NCBI RefSeq assembly: GCF_001194135.2
Contig: NC_068994.1
Span: 20,547,225-20,611,224, forward strand
Source: Octopus bimaculoides
Lineage: Eukaryota
Direction: 5' to 3'
Length of the DNA: 64,000 nucleotides
The position numbers were made by a program, and so were the translations under genes. This document shows, piece by piece, positions 62,950 to 64,000 of the stretch. Under the pieces are notes generated by a model, which was not told the origin of the DNA, made no database searches, and saw only the letters and a list, made by a program, of their open reading frames with translations. Numbering within the stretch: position 1 is the stretch's first letter; the number at the start of each line of letters is the position of its first letter.

Positions 62950-63815
62950 GCATGTGGCCAGCATTAGAGGTCTTCTCAGTCTAGATCAACTCTGCATCTC
63001 CATTGCACTCAAGAGTGGAAGCTGACGTCTGTAGGGGATGGAGATACCACTGTGGTAGGCCCCTCGACCCCACAGGTCTTCACAGTCTGTCTTGCTGCCT
63101 TAATGCTGGTCACTTTGCACGTCACACCGAGCTAAACCTAATCATTAAGCGGGCCCTGGCTCGGATTAATATCCCCTCAGTTCTGGAGCTATTGGAGTTA
63201 TCCAGAAGTGAGGGAAAGAGACCAGATGGTCTTACCCTCTGCCCTTGGGTTAGAGGTAGGTGCCTCATTTGGGATGCCACAGTCTACGACTCCTTTGCTC
63301 CCTCCCACATTCAGGATGCTGCAGTTAATAGGAGGGTCACTGCTTTCATAGCTGAACAGAAGAAAACCCTGAAGTATCGGAATCTAACAGGGAACTACCT
63401 CTTCCAACCTGTGGAGTTTGAGATGTTCAGGGAGACTGGGCCACTAACCATGAAGTTCTTATCAACGTTGGCAGTTTGCCTCACCGAGGTGTCAAGTGAT
63501 GCCCGAGAAGGCACTTGGCTTTCCCAACGCCTTAGCCTCGCCATCGCCCGTGGCAATGCTGCGAGCGTGCTAAGGTGGCGAGTTGGCAGAAACGGGTGAA
63601 ATGCTGAGTGGTATTTCATCTGTCTTTATGCTCTCATTTCAAAATCCGCCGAGGTCGACTTTCATCCTTTCAGGGTCGATAAATTAAGTACCAGTTGCGT
63701 ACTGGGGTCGATCTAATCGACTGGCCCCCTCTCCCAAAATTTCGGGCCTTGTGCCTAGAGTAGAAATGAATGCTGCGAGCGTGCTGGCTTGCTTCAGTAG
63801 GTTCCGTTAAACCTT
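62950..63815 (+). mobile_element. CRE-like non-LTR retrotransposon 3' end (zinc motif plus restriction-like endonuclease), interrupted by a SINE
   Basis: CG..D..GLHSLSC...G..ARH...KRPDG.T..PW.RG..LIWDATV.D...SLAIARGNA; without the SINE the ORF ends SVLACFSRFR*. Confidence 0.8.
63572..63768 (+). mobile_element. SINE family B (Deu/Nin-like central domain) with 17-bp TSD
   Basis: TSD AATGCTGCGAGCGTGCT at 63555-63571 and 63769-63785; core TTTCATCCTTTCAGGGTCGATAAATTAAGTACCAG. Confidence 0.9.
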
Positions 63816-64000
63816 GTGGTGTGCGACCAGTTTCTGTGATGAAAAAAAATTCTCCATAAATGGTTTCAATACAGTTTTAACAGAAAGATTTGGAAAAAAT
63901 AGATGAAAGTTCTCCTGTCACTTAACCAATCAAAGAAAACCCATGTTCTTGACAGTATAAACCAATATCTCTGATAAAATTTTTCCGGCAATTCAGTTAT

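Overview
AT-rich, CpG-depleted eukaryotic DNA with seven N gaps. The SINE and RTE families look like those of octopus (coleoid cephalopod); this is an inference from repeat recognition. One host gene is well supported: an HPS1 (Hermansky-Pudlak syndrome 1, BLOC-3 subunit) orthologue on the minus strand. I reconstructed ten phase-consistent GT-AG coding exons from the start codon at 51467 down to 1932 (1962 nt, 654 codons). The 3' exons were not found and probably lie left of the window. The protein carries an unusually long Q/E/S-rich linker inside its second longin domain. A CpG-retaining promoter domain surrounds exon 1. The rest is transposon-derived: two tRNA-headed SINE families, many RTE LINE pieces, four mariner relics, pogo, hAT, MULE, piggyBac-like MITEs, two CRE-like LINE ends and a Penelope-like element. 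The most striking structure is a 2.5-kb head-to-head Penelope palindrome in HPS1 intron 6. Each arm ends in a tRNA-like Pol III promoter followed by a minimal hammerhead ribozyme motif, and arm-to-arm identity rises toward the centre. Also notable are a 254-bp spacer-less palindrome and a three-level nested insertion (RTE tail in mariner in MULE). All calls were made by eye; no searches were run.
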